Both the position numbers and the translations under genes were made by a program. From NCBI RefSeq assembly GCF_004010195.1, contig NC_057752.1, forward strand, positions 8,816,387 to 8,880,386: DNA of 64,000 nt, in the 5' to 3' direction. Numbering within the stretch: the first letter of the stretch is position 1; each line of letters starts with the position of its first letter. The notes beneath the pieces were generated by a model. The model worked only from the letters and a program-made list of their open reading frames with translations, had not been told where the DNA came from and did not search any database. The DNA comes from Chiloscyllium plagiosum. Taxonomy: Eukaryota. Of this stretch, positions 36,337 through 49,621 are shown in pieces.

Positions 36337-39300
36337 GACCTGTACAAGAAGACCGGATTGCACCTAAATTGGAAGGGGACTAATATACTGGCAGGGAAAT
36401 TTGCAAGAGCTGTTTGGGAGGATTTAAACTAGTGAGGTGGGGTGGGGGGGGTGAGGGGTTGGTGGCTGGCTGGGGTGGTGGGGCAGATGAACTCAGGGCA
36501 TGGTTAGGAACATGGGACTGGGATATCATAGCAATTACGGAAACATGGCTCAGGGATGGGCAGGACTGGCAGCTTAATGTTCCAGGATACAAATGCTACA
36601 GGAAGGATAGAAAGGGAGGCAAGAGAGGAGGGGGAGTGGCATTTTTGATAAGGGATAGCATTACAGCTGTGCTGATGGAGGATATTCCCGGAAATACATC
36701 CAGGGAAGTTATTGGGTGGAACTGAGAAATAAGAAAGGGATGATCACCTTACTGGGATTGTATTATAGACCTCCCAATAGTCAGCAGGAAATTGAGAAAC
36801 AAACTTGTGAGGAGATCTCAGCTATCTGTAAGAATAATAGGGTAGTTATGGTAGGGGATTTTAACTTCCCAAACATAGACTGGGACTGCCATAGTGTAAA
36901 AGGTTTAGATGGAGAGGAATTTCTTAAGTGTGTACAAGACAACTTTCTGATCCAGTATGTGGATGTACCTACTAGAGAAGGTGCAAAACTTGACCTACGC
37001 TTGGGAAATAAGGCAGGGCAGGTGGCTGAGGTGTCAGTTGGGGAGCACTTTGGGGCCAGCGACCATAATTCTATTAGATTTTTAAAAATCATGGAAAAGA
37101 ATAGACCAGATATAAAAGTTGAAGTTCTAAATTGGAGAAAGGCAAATTTTGATGGTATTAGGCAAGAATTTTCGATTGGGGACAGATGTTCGCAGGTAAA
37201 GATTAGATTAGATTACTTACAGATTACTTACAGTGTGGAAACAGGCCCTTCGGCCCAAAAAGTCCACACCGCCCCACCGAAGCGCAACCCACCCATACCC
37301 CTACATTTACCCCTTACCTAATACTACAGGCAATTTAGCATGGCCAATTCACCTGACCTGCACATCTTTGGACTGTGGGAGGAAACCGGAGCACCAGGAG
37401 GAAACCCACGCAGACACGGGGAGAACGTGCAAACTCCACACAGTCAGTCGCCTGAGGTGGGAATTGAACCCGGGTCTCTGGCGCTGTGAGGCAGCAGTGC
37501 TAACCACTGTGCCACCGTGCTGCCCACGGCAAAGGGACGGCAGGAAAATGGGAAGCCTTCAGAAATGAGATAACGAGAATCCAGAGAAAGTATATTCCTG
37601 TTTGGGTGAAAGGAAAGGCTGGTAGGTATCGGGAATGCTGGATGACTAAAGAAATTGAGGGTTTGGTTAAGAAAAAGCAGGAAGCATATGTAAGATATAG
37701 ACAGGATAGATCGAGTGAATCCTTAGAAGAGTATAAAGGAAGTAGGAGTATACTTAAGAGGGAAATCAGGAGGACAAAAAAGGGGTCAAGTGATAGTTTT
37801 GGCAAATAGAATTAAGGAGAATCCAAAGGGTTTTTACAAATACATTAAGGACAAAAGGGTAACTCGGGAGAGAATAGGGCCCCTCAAAGATCAGCAAGGC
37901 AGGCTTTGTGTGGAGCCGCAGAAAATGGGGGAGATACTAAACGAGTATTTTGCATCAGTATTTAGGGAAATAGATGGTGACACCTTGCAAAATGTCCATA
38001 TCACAGGGGAGGAACTGCTGGATATCTTGAAACGGGTAAAGGTGGATAAATCTCCAGGACCTGATCAGGTGTACCCTAGAACTCTGTGGGAAGCGAGAGA
38101 AGTGATTGCTGGGCCTCTTGCTGAGATATTTGTATTATCAATAGTCACAGGTGAGGTGCCAGAAGACTGGAGGTTGGCTAACGTGGTGCCACTGTTTAAG
38201 AAGGGTGGTAAGGACAAGCCAGGGAACCATAGACCAGTGAGCCTGACGTCGGTGGTGGGCAAGTTGTTGGAGGGAATCCTGAGGGACTGGATTTACATGT
38301 ATTTGGAAAGGCAAGGACTGATCAGGGATAGTCAACATGGCTTTGTGCGTGGAAAATCATGTCTCACAAACTTGATTGAGTTTTTTGAAGAAGTATCAAA
38401 GAGGATTGATGAGGGCAGGGCAGTCGATGTGATCTATATGGACTTCAGTAAGGTTCGACAAGGTTCCCCACGGGAGATTGATTAGCAAGGTTAGATCTCA
38501 CTGAGAACAGGGAGAACTAGTCATTTGGATACAGAACTGGCTCAAAGGTAGAAGACAGAGGGTGGTGGTGGAGGGTTGTTTTTCAGACTGGAGGCCTGTG
38601 ACCAAATGGAGTGCCACAAGGATCGGTGCTGGGTCCTCTACTTTTTGTCATTTACATAAATTATTTGGATGCAAGCATAAGAGGTACAGTTAGTAAGTTT
38701 GCAGATGACACCAAAATTGGAAGGAAAGTGGAGTCGCAAATAGATAGGATAGTGAAGAAGGCGTTTGGAATGCTTTCTTTTATTGGTCAGAGTATTGAGT
38801 ACAGGAGTTGAGAGATCATGTTGCGGCTGTACAGGACATTGGTTAGGCCACTGTTGGAATACTGCGTGCAATTCTGGTCTCCTTCCTATCGGAAAGATGT
38901 TGTGAAACTTGAAAGGGTTCAGGAAAGATTTATAAGGATGTTGCCGGGGCTGGAGGATTTGAATTATAGGGAGAGGTTGAACAGGCTGGGGCTGTTTTCC
39001 CTGGAGCATCGGAGGCTGAGGGGTGACCTTATAGAGGTTTACAAAATTATGAGGGGCTTGGATAGAGTAAATAGCCAAAGTCTTTTCCCTGGGGCGGGGG
39101 AGTCCAGAACTAGAGGGCAGAGGTTTAGGGTGAGAGGGGAAAGATATAAAAGAGACCGAAGGGGCAACTTTTTCACACAGAAGGTGGTACGTGTATGGAA
39201 TGAGCTAGCAGAGGAAGTGGTGGAGGCTGGTACAATTGCAACATTTAAGAGGCATTTGGATGGGTATATGAATAGCAAGGGTTTGGAGGGATATGGGCCG

Positions 39301-39400
39301 GGTGCTGGCAGGTGGGACTAGATTGGGTTGGGATATTTGGTCTGCATGGACAGGTTGGACCGAAGGGTCTGTTTCCGTGCTGCACGTCTCTATGACTCTA
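36337..39400 (+). mobile_element. 5'-truncated CR1 LINE with internal deletions, same young family as 13400-20200
   Basis: ORF1 tail (GLHLN), ORF2 APE and RT fragments very similar to the other copy; ta(c/t)aacagt flanks; ctatgact tail. Confidence 0.92.
37201..37525 (-). mobile_element. HE1-like V-SINE nested in CR1 ORF2
   Basis: Near-intact tRNA head, V-domain and (aatct)n tail; CR1 resumes in register afterwards. Confidence 0.9.
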
Positions 39401-39929
39401 TAACAGTATTAACACTTCAAAAGGCACTTCTATAGCTGGATAGCGCTTTAGGATCTCCTGAATCAGACGAGATGTTCTGTGAGGCCAATCTTGCTATTTT
39501 GGTTGCACCTCCCTCTCACCATCATTGCTGCGGGAACTCCCTCAGATATACATTCCAGCACATGGAGCCAGTTAATAGCAGGCAATGATGAGGGGTGGGA
39601 TCCTAAGGTGCTGAAGTCAGTCAATGCCATTCATACACATTGATATTCCTGCTATCACATGATGTATTTGGTGCTTTTCATACAACCCCAACCATAGCGC
39701 CTTGTTACTGGCCAAGGAGTGATGCCACAAGACACTATGAAACACCGACAGGCAAAACAGTTACAGTGAGAGCCACACAAATGGTGAAATGCAAGAGTTT
39801 ATTAAATATAATAACTTCAACTAAGATTGTATGAAAAACAAACTTACATGGCATTACTGGGGAAAAGAAACTAGACACATGACATCAGATGACGAACAAA
39901 AGCTATTTACATCACATCATATACTGCAC

Positions 39930-41385
39930 AAACTACTTATGAATTTCCCAGCTGTCGTCCACGTACGGTTTTGTTAAGATTTCTCCTCCTCTCTCTCCTA
40001 CTGTGACACAGGATGGAGTAAGCCTCGTCCATTGTGGACCACATTGCCTCCAGGAGGCAATCCTGGGGATGTACATGTCTGGACAGCCCTGACATGCTGA
40101 GGATCTTCTTGCCAGAGACATGTTCACCATCCTTGGATGGAATTTCCAAGAGCTGAGTGGGGGCAGGTAGGTGGAGTGCCCTCCAACTTGGCAGTTTCCT
40201 GAGTGGAGATTGTAGATGGGCTCCTTCAACTGGTGCCTCATGGCCCACCCTATCTTCTGGTGACAAGGGCACCTGGACTAGGTTTGAGGTTCTCTATCCC
40301 ACTTTCACCCCACTTTCACTCCTGAAAGCAATAGGTATGGTGATGGAGTGCAGGTGTTGTTGACTCTCCAGCAAACCCTATTGGTGCTGGACCTGGCTCT
40401 CCATTGCTCACCAACCTCTCCATGGGGCCAGGCAGGGAGTCGCAGGAGGGGTTGGAGTGTTGCAGAGCAATAAGAGACAACATGTTGATGGGCTGCCTGC
40501 ACTACTGCAGCGTCTGAGCAATGAAACGCAGTGGGTGGTTGGACTGACTGCATCACTCCAGTATCTCTGCTATGAAGGCCAGTGACTCCTGTACACCTGC
40601 CTACCACTGCTGCTCCTCTCTGCACATTGAGATGAAATCCCTCATTGCCAAGACCACAGGGTTACCTCCTGCCAGAGGCTCAGCAGCTGCCTGCTCTCTG
40701 GCAATCCTCCGAATGACCTGGGCATTTATCCCTCACCCATGTGCAGAGCTGTGATTCTCTGAACTCACTGTGGGCCCTTATAGAGCCCACAGAGATGCCT
40801 GCATCCATGATGAGGGTGCGGGGATGGGAGAATCCAGGAGTAGTGTAGATAATGATTCCTTCAATGTACTGTCATCCAAGAGGGTCAAAACGCTCTCATC
40901 TAGTGGTGTTTGGGAGGCAGGCTGGTGTTTGGGAGGGTGGCTGAAGAGACAAAAGGCTTTGGGGTAACTGATTGGTCATGGCTCCTCTCCTCTCCACTAC
41001 CCTGTCCACAAGGACCTCCAGCTCCCTCTTAAAGAAACATGATGCTAACTTCCCCTTCTCACTCAGTTCTCCTCACCCTTCCACAGCTGACCTGTGCTAC
41101 ATCTAATTGGGAGCACTCCTGCATGTGCACAACAGACCTTGGATGCTGACATGGCCACAAGGGAGGATCTCCTGAGGACCCAAGGAATGGGAAATAGCTC
41201 CAGGAATGACACATGATAAGATGGGGTGAAAATCAAACACATCTCTCTCACAAGGGCTCAAACAGCAATTCATGCAATGAGTTTGGGAAGATACAGTGAG
41301 AAAACACACACGGCGTTGTGGCAAGAATCACTCTATCGAACTTGAAGTGACTCATACGCTACCAAATAAAACATAAGATTCAGCC
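39930..41385 (-). mobile_element. Probable PIF/Harbinger relic (Myb/SANT-like ORF)
   Basis: Minus strand EKGKLASCFFKRELEVLVDRVVEE resembles the N-terminus of Harbinger Myb-like proteins; TIR-like gggctgaatctt at about 41375; homologous to 44800-46620. Confidence 0.45.
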
Positions 41386-41559
41386 CAGTATCTCTGATGT
41401 ACTCTGTTGTCTTACTGCAATTGTTTCAAGTAATGTGTTTTAACGGTTTCTCATTCTAAAGTGAAAGCAAGTTACAACAGAGGTAACAGTAACATCATTA
41501 TAGCAAACTCCCACTGTACAAATATATTTCTGCAAGTATTTTCGAATGATGCCAACCTG

Positions 41560-42400
41560 TATGATGGAAAATCAGAATCATCAGCTGACATCTCCCCAGC
41601 AGTCAAGGCTTTGTTTCATTTTAGCTAAACACTTGCATGATTCAGCTTCTTGCATTTAGACGACCACTTTCTCCACACTGGACGTGCTTCTTTTTCTCTT
41701 GTGTAGTATTCTCTGCAATATTTACATTCTATCCTCTGGCCTTAATCTTTCTGCTGTTTCTTCTGCAAGTATTTCTCCCTTTGTTCCATTTGGTGTAGAA
41801 CATCTATCTGCAAAATGCAAAGCCTTGTCTGATCTCCCATTAGTACACTCTAGCAGATGGTTGACAACCTCCGAGCTTCTGCACATACCGATAGCCTTCC
41901 TGAGATAAGTTTTTCCTCTCTCAGCAGACATGTCCTCATGGTAGGATCTTGCATGCCCAAGATAATCTGATCTCTGATGAAATCATCTTTCAGTTGTCCA
42001 AACTTATAGGACTCAGTTAGAAAATTCGGTGCAATCATATATTGATCAATAGTCCCATGTTCCCTCAGAACTCTGGCATTGAACACATACTATTCATAAG
42101 GAAATATTAATATGAAGCTCAAAGTATGTCTTCAAAGCCTGCAAAATTTCTGCTCCTGAGTGAGGTCAAGGATGCAACACAGCTTGTAGCATGCTTTTGC
42201 CAACATTGATAACAAGTTTGCAGTTCTTATTTACTTAGTCTTGTCTTATGTTATTGCACTTATTTTGTTTAATTATGTAGTTATTTCACAGGTTTGCCAC
42301 TGAGACCAGAGCAAATTGCAATTCTGTCTCATATCTCCTTTTATTACAATAGTATTAAGGAAATGGAAAAATCACTGCCATTCTATCTCACCCAGCATTT
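41560..42400 (-). mobile_element. Gypsy gag relic (different family)
   Basis: LKDDFIRDQIILGMQD...LLREEKL / KAIGMCRSSE. Confidence 0.65.
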
Positions 42401-43659
42401 CAAAGGTGCAAATTGCTGTTTTTAATGTTTTCTTTTTCTTGGAGTAGCTGGCTCTCTTGCAACTCTGAAAATTCACTCAATCTTTGTTTTACACTTGATG
42501 TTCCGAGTCTGGGTCATTTTAGTAGAACTATCATTAACTTCAGGCAGAGGAAAGGAACAAAAATCAGCTTGGTTCCACCCTAGTGAGCCCTCTGTGTGGA
42601 CTCGATTGGGTTTGGAATGAATACCTCCTCAGGGTAGGATAATACACTGGTATTCACTATGTTGGCTCAAGCTTTCTTTTTTATAATTCATTCACAGGAT
42701 GTGGATAACAGATTTCCTTCCATAAAGCATATTAATGAACTAAGTGGGTTTTTACAACAATTGGCTAATTTTATGGTTATCTTTATTGATACTGGTGTTC
42801 TGCAGGCAGATTTTATTTTATTAACTGAATTTAAATTCGCCAATTGCCCAGTGGTGGGATCTGAATTTGTATCTGCAGATCATTAGTCCTGTCTGCTTGA
42901 TTACTAGTTCAGCAACAAAACCACTATATATTCTCAAAGAACCAAAAAAATGGCTGCTTGGGTGAGTTACTGGAGACCACATACCAGCCATCGAACTGTA
43001 TCCTAATGGGAGACAGAACATTCAAGACATAGGGAAGAAAGCATAGACAGAACCAGTGCTAATATTCAAGAAAATAACAAAACTGTAAATGGAAAATGCA
43101 ACAATCCTTTAGCTGCAATACTGACCTTTGTATCTACTTATTAAAAAGTTACTTGTGCCTATTTTTTAACACAACGGATACAATAATGTGCACTTTTAAA
43201 GCACTTCAATATCAAAAAGTGTCCCAAGTCAAGAAAAAAAACTAAGAAGGTGGAAGTTTCCATCTCCAATCCCTGGATCACTATACATGGTGAAGCTCTT
43301 CATTAATTGCTTATAGGATTGTAATTATTAATTAATTATCAAAAGGATTACATTTGTATCTAATTGAAAATGTCCGTAACGAGACACTGGTTCTGGAATG
43401 ACACTAGTTCACACTAATTATAGTATTAACATAATGGTGTCCCATGTGTCACTATTGTTTATTAATCATGTTATTTATAAAGTCTTCATGGATGAAGTGA
43501 TACTAAACAAAAGAAATTAGCAGTCTAATCTGACTGATGCTCTCCTCCATGCAATGTATGCTTACAAAGTTGTCTCTATTCCAGCCAATCATTCAATCTT
43601 GATGCTTATTGAACTAAAACCTCATAATACAGAGAATGTCTGGGAAAAAGATTCTGACC

Positions 43660-44205
43660 ATCAACCCTATCTATATATCTCATAATTTTATAGGCTTCTA
43701 TCAAGTCTCCCCTCAGCCTCTGCCATTCCAGAGAAAACAACCAGAGTTTATCTAGTCTCTCCTTATAGCTCATACCCTCTAATCAAGGCAGTATCCCGGT
43801 TAACCTGTTCTGCACCCTGTCCAAAGCCTCTACATCCTTCCTGTAATGTGGCGACCAGAACTGAACACATTACTCAAGGTTACCAAAATCTTATAAAGCT
43901 GCAATATGATGTCCTGACTCTTGTACTCAATTCCCTGACCAATAAAGGCAAGCTATACACTTTTGTTTACCACTCTATCTACTTGGATGGTCACTTTCAG
44001 GGAGCTTGAACCCCAAGATCCCTCTGTCCATCAATACTGTTCATGGTCCTGCCATTAACTGTGTACTTTTCCTTAACATTTGATCTCCCAAAGTGAAGCA
44101 TCTCACACTTATCCAGATTAAACTCTATCTGCCATTTCTCCACCCAAATCTGTAACTGGTATATATCCTGCTGTATCCCTTGACAATCTTCTACACTATC
44201 CACTC
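43660..44205 (-). mobile_element. CR1 ORF2 fragment
   Basis: WQIEFNLDKCEMLHFGRSN...QRDLGVQ. Confidence 0.85.
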
Positions 44206-44566
44206 CATGTTGGACACTGGTCACAAACACCTCATGGCATTCTCCATGAGCACCGGCCACATGCACCCCATGTCCACAGACACTGGCATCTGATATTTGC
44301 CAACTCTTTGCTCATGGCACCTCTCTGGACCTCATGTATGATGTGCTGACTTGCATTGCAGGATGCACCAGCAACTAGCATTGAAAGGACTGCTGCAAGT
44401 ACATGTGGTGCACAGGGATGGGCACTCAGCTCACAGAATGGACCAAGCTGCATTTCAGAGCTGCTTGCTTGCTCTCTTAGCTCTCACTCACCTTCAGAGT
44501 ATCTGGATACTGCAGCAGATGCTCAACACAGACATGATCCTTGATTTGTCCAGTGTGGCCAAGATG

Positions 44567-44791
44567 TGCAGAGGGTGGTATGTGTATGGAATGAGCTGCC
44601 AGAGGATGTGGTGGAGGCTGGTACAATTGCAACATTTAAGAGGCATTTGGATGGGTATATGAATAGGAAGGGTTTGGAGGGATATGGGCCGGGTGCTGGC
44701 AGGTGGGACTAGATTGGGTTGGGATATCTGGTCGGCATGGACGGGTTGGACCGAAGGGTCTGTTTCCATGCTGTACATCTCTATGACTCTA
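44567..44791 (+). mobile_element. CR1 3' end (young family)
   Basis: Near-identical to the 3' ends at 19970-20195 and 39175-39400. Confidence 0.9.
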
Positions 44792-44799
44792 TGTTGGGT

Positions 44800-46620
44800 G
44801 TGATGCTGGTACAGTTGCATTCTGGGCTACACAAAAATTCAAACAAACAGATAGGACACAGCAACAAGCATGTTAATACAAATGTGATACTTTATATGCA
44901 GTGCACTGTCACCAAAGTGCCCTCAAAAGGCACGTTCTTTCTCCTCTCCTTCCCACTTCATGTCAATGTACACCCAAGGTCTGTAGCTGAGTCGGAGGGA
45001 GCTTCCTGGGTAGTGCAGCCCATTGGCCTTGGAGGATCAGTTGGATCATCCCAGAGGCTTCTGTATTTGGATGTCCCTGACAACTGAGGGTCTTCTTACC
45101 AGAAGCAAGTGGATCCTCTTCAGCTTGAACTTCCAAAAGGTCAGAGGGACACAGTCAGGGTGGAGATAGTGGGCTCAGCCACCTCTGGGGTGTCATGAGA
45201 GGAGACTTCTGCAGGGCCTGGCCCTGTGGTTCCTCCTGTATCTGGGTACTTCCTGGCACCACCTGGTCTCATGGTGAGGAAGGGCAACTGGAGTCCTTGT
45301 CACATTCACCAGCCCCTGCCACCATGTCTTCGGTCCCGAGGACCAATGGCGAAGGTGATGGAATGTAGGTGTGCGCCCCACTCCAGCAGATCCTGGGGCT
45401 GCCCGACCTGCCTCTCCATGGCAACCACCAACCTCTCCAGCTGGACAGTCTCATGCTCCAGGCAGCTGGGTTACCCATAGCTCAACTGCACTGCTGCAGT
45501 CTCTGGACATGGAGGACCATGTCATACATACCTGTCTGCCGCTCCTGTTCCTCCCTGTGCATGCAGACAAAGTCCCTGATTGCTGACACCCCCCAGCTCC
45601 TCTCCTGCTTGGGACCAAGCAGGTACCTGGTCTCCAGTGCCAGTGACCCTGGGCTGTTTCTCAGACAGATGTGGAACTGTTGCTGTGAGGTGCTCCCAAA
45701 TGTTAAGTGTGCATTTCCCACCGACAGGTTCATATCGGAGCTGGAGGTGGGTGCAGCAAGCAGCCTCCCTGATACTTGCTGAGGTTTCGGGTATTTCCTC
45801 TTCAGAATTCAAAGAGAAGCTAGTGCTGGGTGAAATGGACATCCCACCTGCAGGAAACAAGGGAGAAATGGCATTGCAAGCAACAGTCAGAAATGGTGTG
45901 CAATGAATGACACTGACAGTAGGAGGTGGTCAGAGAGTCACAGTGGATGAAGAGTGGGAACACAGATGTCTCAGCATCCCAACAGGAGCAGTCCCAGTCT
46001 TCAGCTCCAAGGGACAGCATCCTCTTGGCACCCCTCCACCCAGCTGGGTCTTTCTGCCCTTCTGGGAGCTGTTTTCTGTTGAAAAAAAATAAAGGAAGAT
46101 ACTGAGTAAGTTATAAGTGGGTGGCATGGCTGTTAGTGCTGGTGAGTGAAAGCTGCTGAGGTGTCCCAGGCGAGTGAGTAGACAGTACAGAGGGCATGTG
46201 GGGTTAATGGTGTGGGAGGTTGGAGGATGAGAGCAAATGTGGGAAGATGTTGCAGGCAACAGAGAGAATGGCTAAGCATGACCCTGCGTGGAAGGTGGAT
46301 GCTCTAGTAAAGAAAAAAGAGGAGGAGGAGTGTGAGATAGCAGAGAGGAGTGTGGCACTTCCCCTGGTGCAGCAGAGAGGGTCACTGACCAATTCTGACT
46401 GCTGGCTGTTCCGCCGCACCAAGTGCAGTGTTCTTCTGAGAATGGTGTGTGGTAAGGTGGGGCTAGAATTGGTTGAGAAGGGTGCCACGGGATAAGATGG
46501 GTAGGTAATGAGGCATGTTTGGCAAGATACAACATGTTATCTTGCAAGCCCTCATGATGAGAAACACTCTAAAGAATTTGACAAAACTGACACTTCGCCA
46601 AAAAAAGTAAGATTCATCCC
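44800..46620 (-). mobile_element. Probable PIF/Harbinger relic (Myb/SANT-like gene with introns)
   Basis: ttttcaacag acceptor followed by ...RKTQLGGGVP, resembling the TGGG-P motif of Harbinger Myb proteins; TIR-like gggatgaatctt at about 46610-46620; similarity to 39930-41385. Confidence 0.45.
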
Positions 46621-48153
46621 TGTGTCATACAGAGATCTACCTTTACTTGAATCTGTGCAGATCACTGAGAGAGATATCTATACTGGGGAATGGATCTTTG
46701 GAGCAGCTTGTCTGGTGGGGGCAGGGCTGTTGTGAGCATGTGCCAGCCTCTTCAGCAGAGTTGGGGAGGAAATTATGAGAAAACACAGAAGAAAATCAAA
46801 AACAACAGTGTTAGATACAAAAAAGAACATTGTGATTCAACTGAGTGTGCTTGGACCTTGCCTTTGAACTTGAACTTGTCCTTCACTTTGCTACAGATAC
46901 TGGAAATTGAAATTCTTATACATGGTCACGTAATCAGTTTATTGAACACTTTTTTTTTCAACAAAAGCAACAAACTTTGGATGTTTAATGATACAAGGTT
47001 TTCAAAGTAGTAGTGGAATGTCTATGTTGGTCCTCCTGTCAGAATTGTATTGTTACCAATTGTAATCCATAACTTTCCAGTAAAGTGGAATGTACAAGTC
47101 TAAAATCAACCATGATTGAATGGCAGAACAGATTCGATGGACTGAGTGGCCTAATTTCTGCTCCTATACCTTATGGTCTCAAAAGCAGGAACTCAAAAAA
47201 TAATGAACATAAATAAATATATCCCTGATATAACATCACTTCACTTCTTACTTGCTATGAACATTTGCAGCTGATCCATGCCCCTCTGATCAGAAAACTT
47301 TCTAATTACATAGTCCAAGGACTTGCTCTTTTCCATTAAAGAATTCTGGATAATACAAAAATCTTATACACACCTTGCTGTCCCAAAACATGGCTGAAAT
47401 AATAAAGACTTTTGGGTGGATTTGTCCCAAACTGACAAACCTCATCAACATTAGTCAACAACTCGTGCCACAATCCAAGTGCAAGATATGAGCAGAGTAC
47501 TCTGATTCAAGACATGTAAAAGGGCTTGGAGTTGTTAAAAAGAAATGCTAGTAAGCCAAAAATCAGAGCATTTCAGTCATGATTTTAACATGGCTACATA
47601 TTATATCGAAACTCATTTCTCAAACCAGGGTAACGTGCAAATTGATTAGCTGGAGCTTTGAGGCCTTTTATATTGGATTATTCACACTGCCCCTGCACAG
47701 TAGCTGAAACTAAATCCCTCATTTTACTTCACAGATATAAGTAACAGGAATTGGCTGATTGACAATGTGACAAGGGAAATAACACTCTGTTCTACTGTGA
47801 GTAATCCCTTCTGACTCAGGCAGGACTTTCTGCAGTGCCAGCAACAAAATTTCCTGAAATATTCACAACCAACTCTCTGGAGCGCCCACATCAGAATAAC
47901 ATATAGAATTAGGAGGAGGCAAAATAAGCAGGGATTTATGTTGTTAGCCCCTAAGTAACACCTAAATAAAATTTACGAATTGTCAAAATCAGATTTCCCA
48001 TTTCAGGCATCCAAAAACATTGTCAAGCATTCTCAGATCAAACTGTCACTTTTCTTCCTTTGATATCAAACTCGACAGCCAGAATATCATTCTGGATCAA
48101 TGGTGCTGGAAGAGCACAGCAGTTCAGGCAGCATCCAAGGAGCTTCAGCAAAA

Positions 48154-48186
48154 TCGACGTTTCGGGCAATAGCCCTTCATCAGGAA
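48154..48186 (-). ncRNA. Minimal type I hammerhead-ribozyme-like motif (Penelope-associated)
   Basis: CUGAUGA-A-GGGC(UAUU)GCCC-GAAA-CG-UC. Confidence 0.6.
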
Positions 48187-48224
48187 TAAAGGCAGAGAGC
48201 CTGAAGCGTGGAGAGATAAGCTAG

Positions 48225-48400
48225 NNNNNNNNNNNNNNNNNNNNNNNNNNNNNNNNNNNNNNNNNNNNNNNNNNNNNNNNNNNNNNNNNNNNNNNNNNNN
48301 NNNNNNNNNNNNNNNNNNNNNNNNNNNNNNNNNNNNNNNNNNNNNNNNNNNNNNNNNNNNNNNNNNNNNNNNNNNNNNNNNNNNNNNNNNNNNNNNNNNN
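48225..48400. other. Assembly gap (N run)
   Basis: Ns. Confidence 1.
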
Positions 48401-48693
48401 AGTGCTCTGCTAGGAGGCGCCCAGTCTCCCCAATGTAGAGGAGACCGCATTGGGAGCAACGGATACAATAAATGATATTAGTGGATGTGCAGGTAAAATT
48501 TTGATGGATATGGAAGGCTCCTTTAGGGCCTTGGATAGAGGTGAGGGAGGAGGTGAGGGAGCCAGAATATCATGTCAGTTTTCACAGAGAGTGTTTTCAT
48601 GACCAATGACACCTAGTTTTTCTGGGAATGACTATATGCAGAGTCAGCAATGAATCCTGAGTTAGGGAGTTTGAGTTTTCAGACTAGGCCCCC

Positions 48694-48885
48694 TCAGTCA
48701 ATGTTCACATTTGGTAACAGCAATGCGACAGGCTTCATAGTAAAAGATGCATTCATCAATGGGTTTTCAATGTGCTTTCTCATCTTCAGCCAATGACTAT
48801 CAATACCCCAATGTTTCATTGTTGCCTTTAAGCGGTCCTTGTAGCTCTTCTGCTGATTGCCACAAAACTGCTTCCCAACGTCTGT
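48694..48885 (-). mobile_element. RTE-clade LINE relic
   Basis: GNQQKSYKDRLKATMKHWGID resembles the RTE ORF C-terminus. Confidence 0.5.
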
Positions 48886-48889
48886 GGAC

Positions 48890-49400
48890 CAGCTACAAGA
48901 CACAAGCCAGAAGTGTGGTAGAATACTTTCCACTTGTCTGGATGGGTGCAGCTCCTACAACATTCAAGAGGCTTGATGCTATTCAGGACAAAGCAGCCCA
49001 CTTAATTGGCACTACATTCATCACCTTCAACATTAACTCCTCAGTAGTAGCAGTGTACCATCTACAAGATGCACTGCAGAAAGGCTCCTGAGGCAGCATC
49101 TTCTAACCCACAATCACGACCAGATAGAATGACAAGAGCACAGATACTTGGGATCACAACCACCCAAATGTCTTCCCCCACAAGCCACACACCATCATGA
49201 CTTGGAAATATGTTGTTGTTTTTTCACTGTCAGTGGAAGATCCTGCAATTCCCTCCCTAGCAGCATTATGGTGGTGTACACACTAACAAAAATGTACTAG
49301 TTCGTGAAGATGACTCACCACCACCTTCTCAAGGGAAACTAGGGACAGGTAACAAATGCTGGCCTAGCCAGCAATATTCACATCCTGTGAATGAATTTTA
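48890..49400 (+). mobile_element. 3' part of a second CR1-group LINE family
   Basis: RSVVEYFPLVWMGAAPTTFKRLDAIQDKAAHLIG; tail catcctgtgaatgaat. Confidence 0.75.
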
Positions 49401-49521
49401 AAAAACTGTCAACCAGCAGAATATTTTTGTATCCTGTGAATTCATATGAATTAAGGGCAGTTTTGTACTTTTGTAGTTATCCATAAGAAAAAGATTTGAG
49501 ATGTACAAAGTCATTTCAATT

Positions 49522-49621
49522 GGTACTCTGACATTCAGAAGACATAAGAGACTTGCATCCCAGCATTCTGGGTACTCTTACATTCAGAAGACATAAGAGA
49601 CTTGCATCCCAGCATTCTGGG
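49522..49621. repeat. 49-bp tandem duplication
   Basis: ggtactct(g/t)acattcagaagacataagagacttgcatcccagcattctg x2, one mismatch. Confidence 0.95.

Larger units (their letters stand above)
48091..48559 (-). mobile_element. Penelope-like 3' fragment spanning a gap
   Basis: Perfect 14-bp TSD agccagaatatcat; GIY-YIG-coding piece (IYCIRCSQCGLLYIGET); hammerhead-like motif. Confidence 0.88.

Noticed and set aside
46640..46900. Minus-strand exon-like segment with an AAG|gtagat donor
   Set aside because: Stops in all three frames and a weak donor; no support without transcripts.
49522..49621. CRISPR-like repeat
   Set aside because: Two adjacent copies without spacers in eukaryotic DNA.
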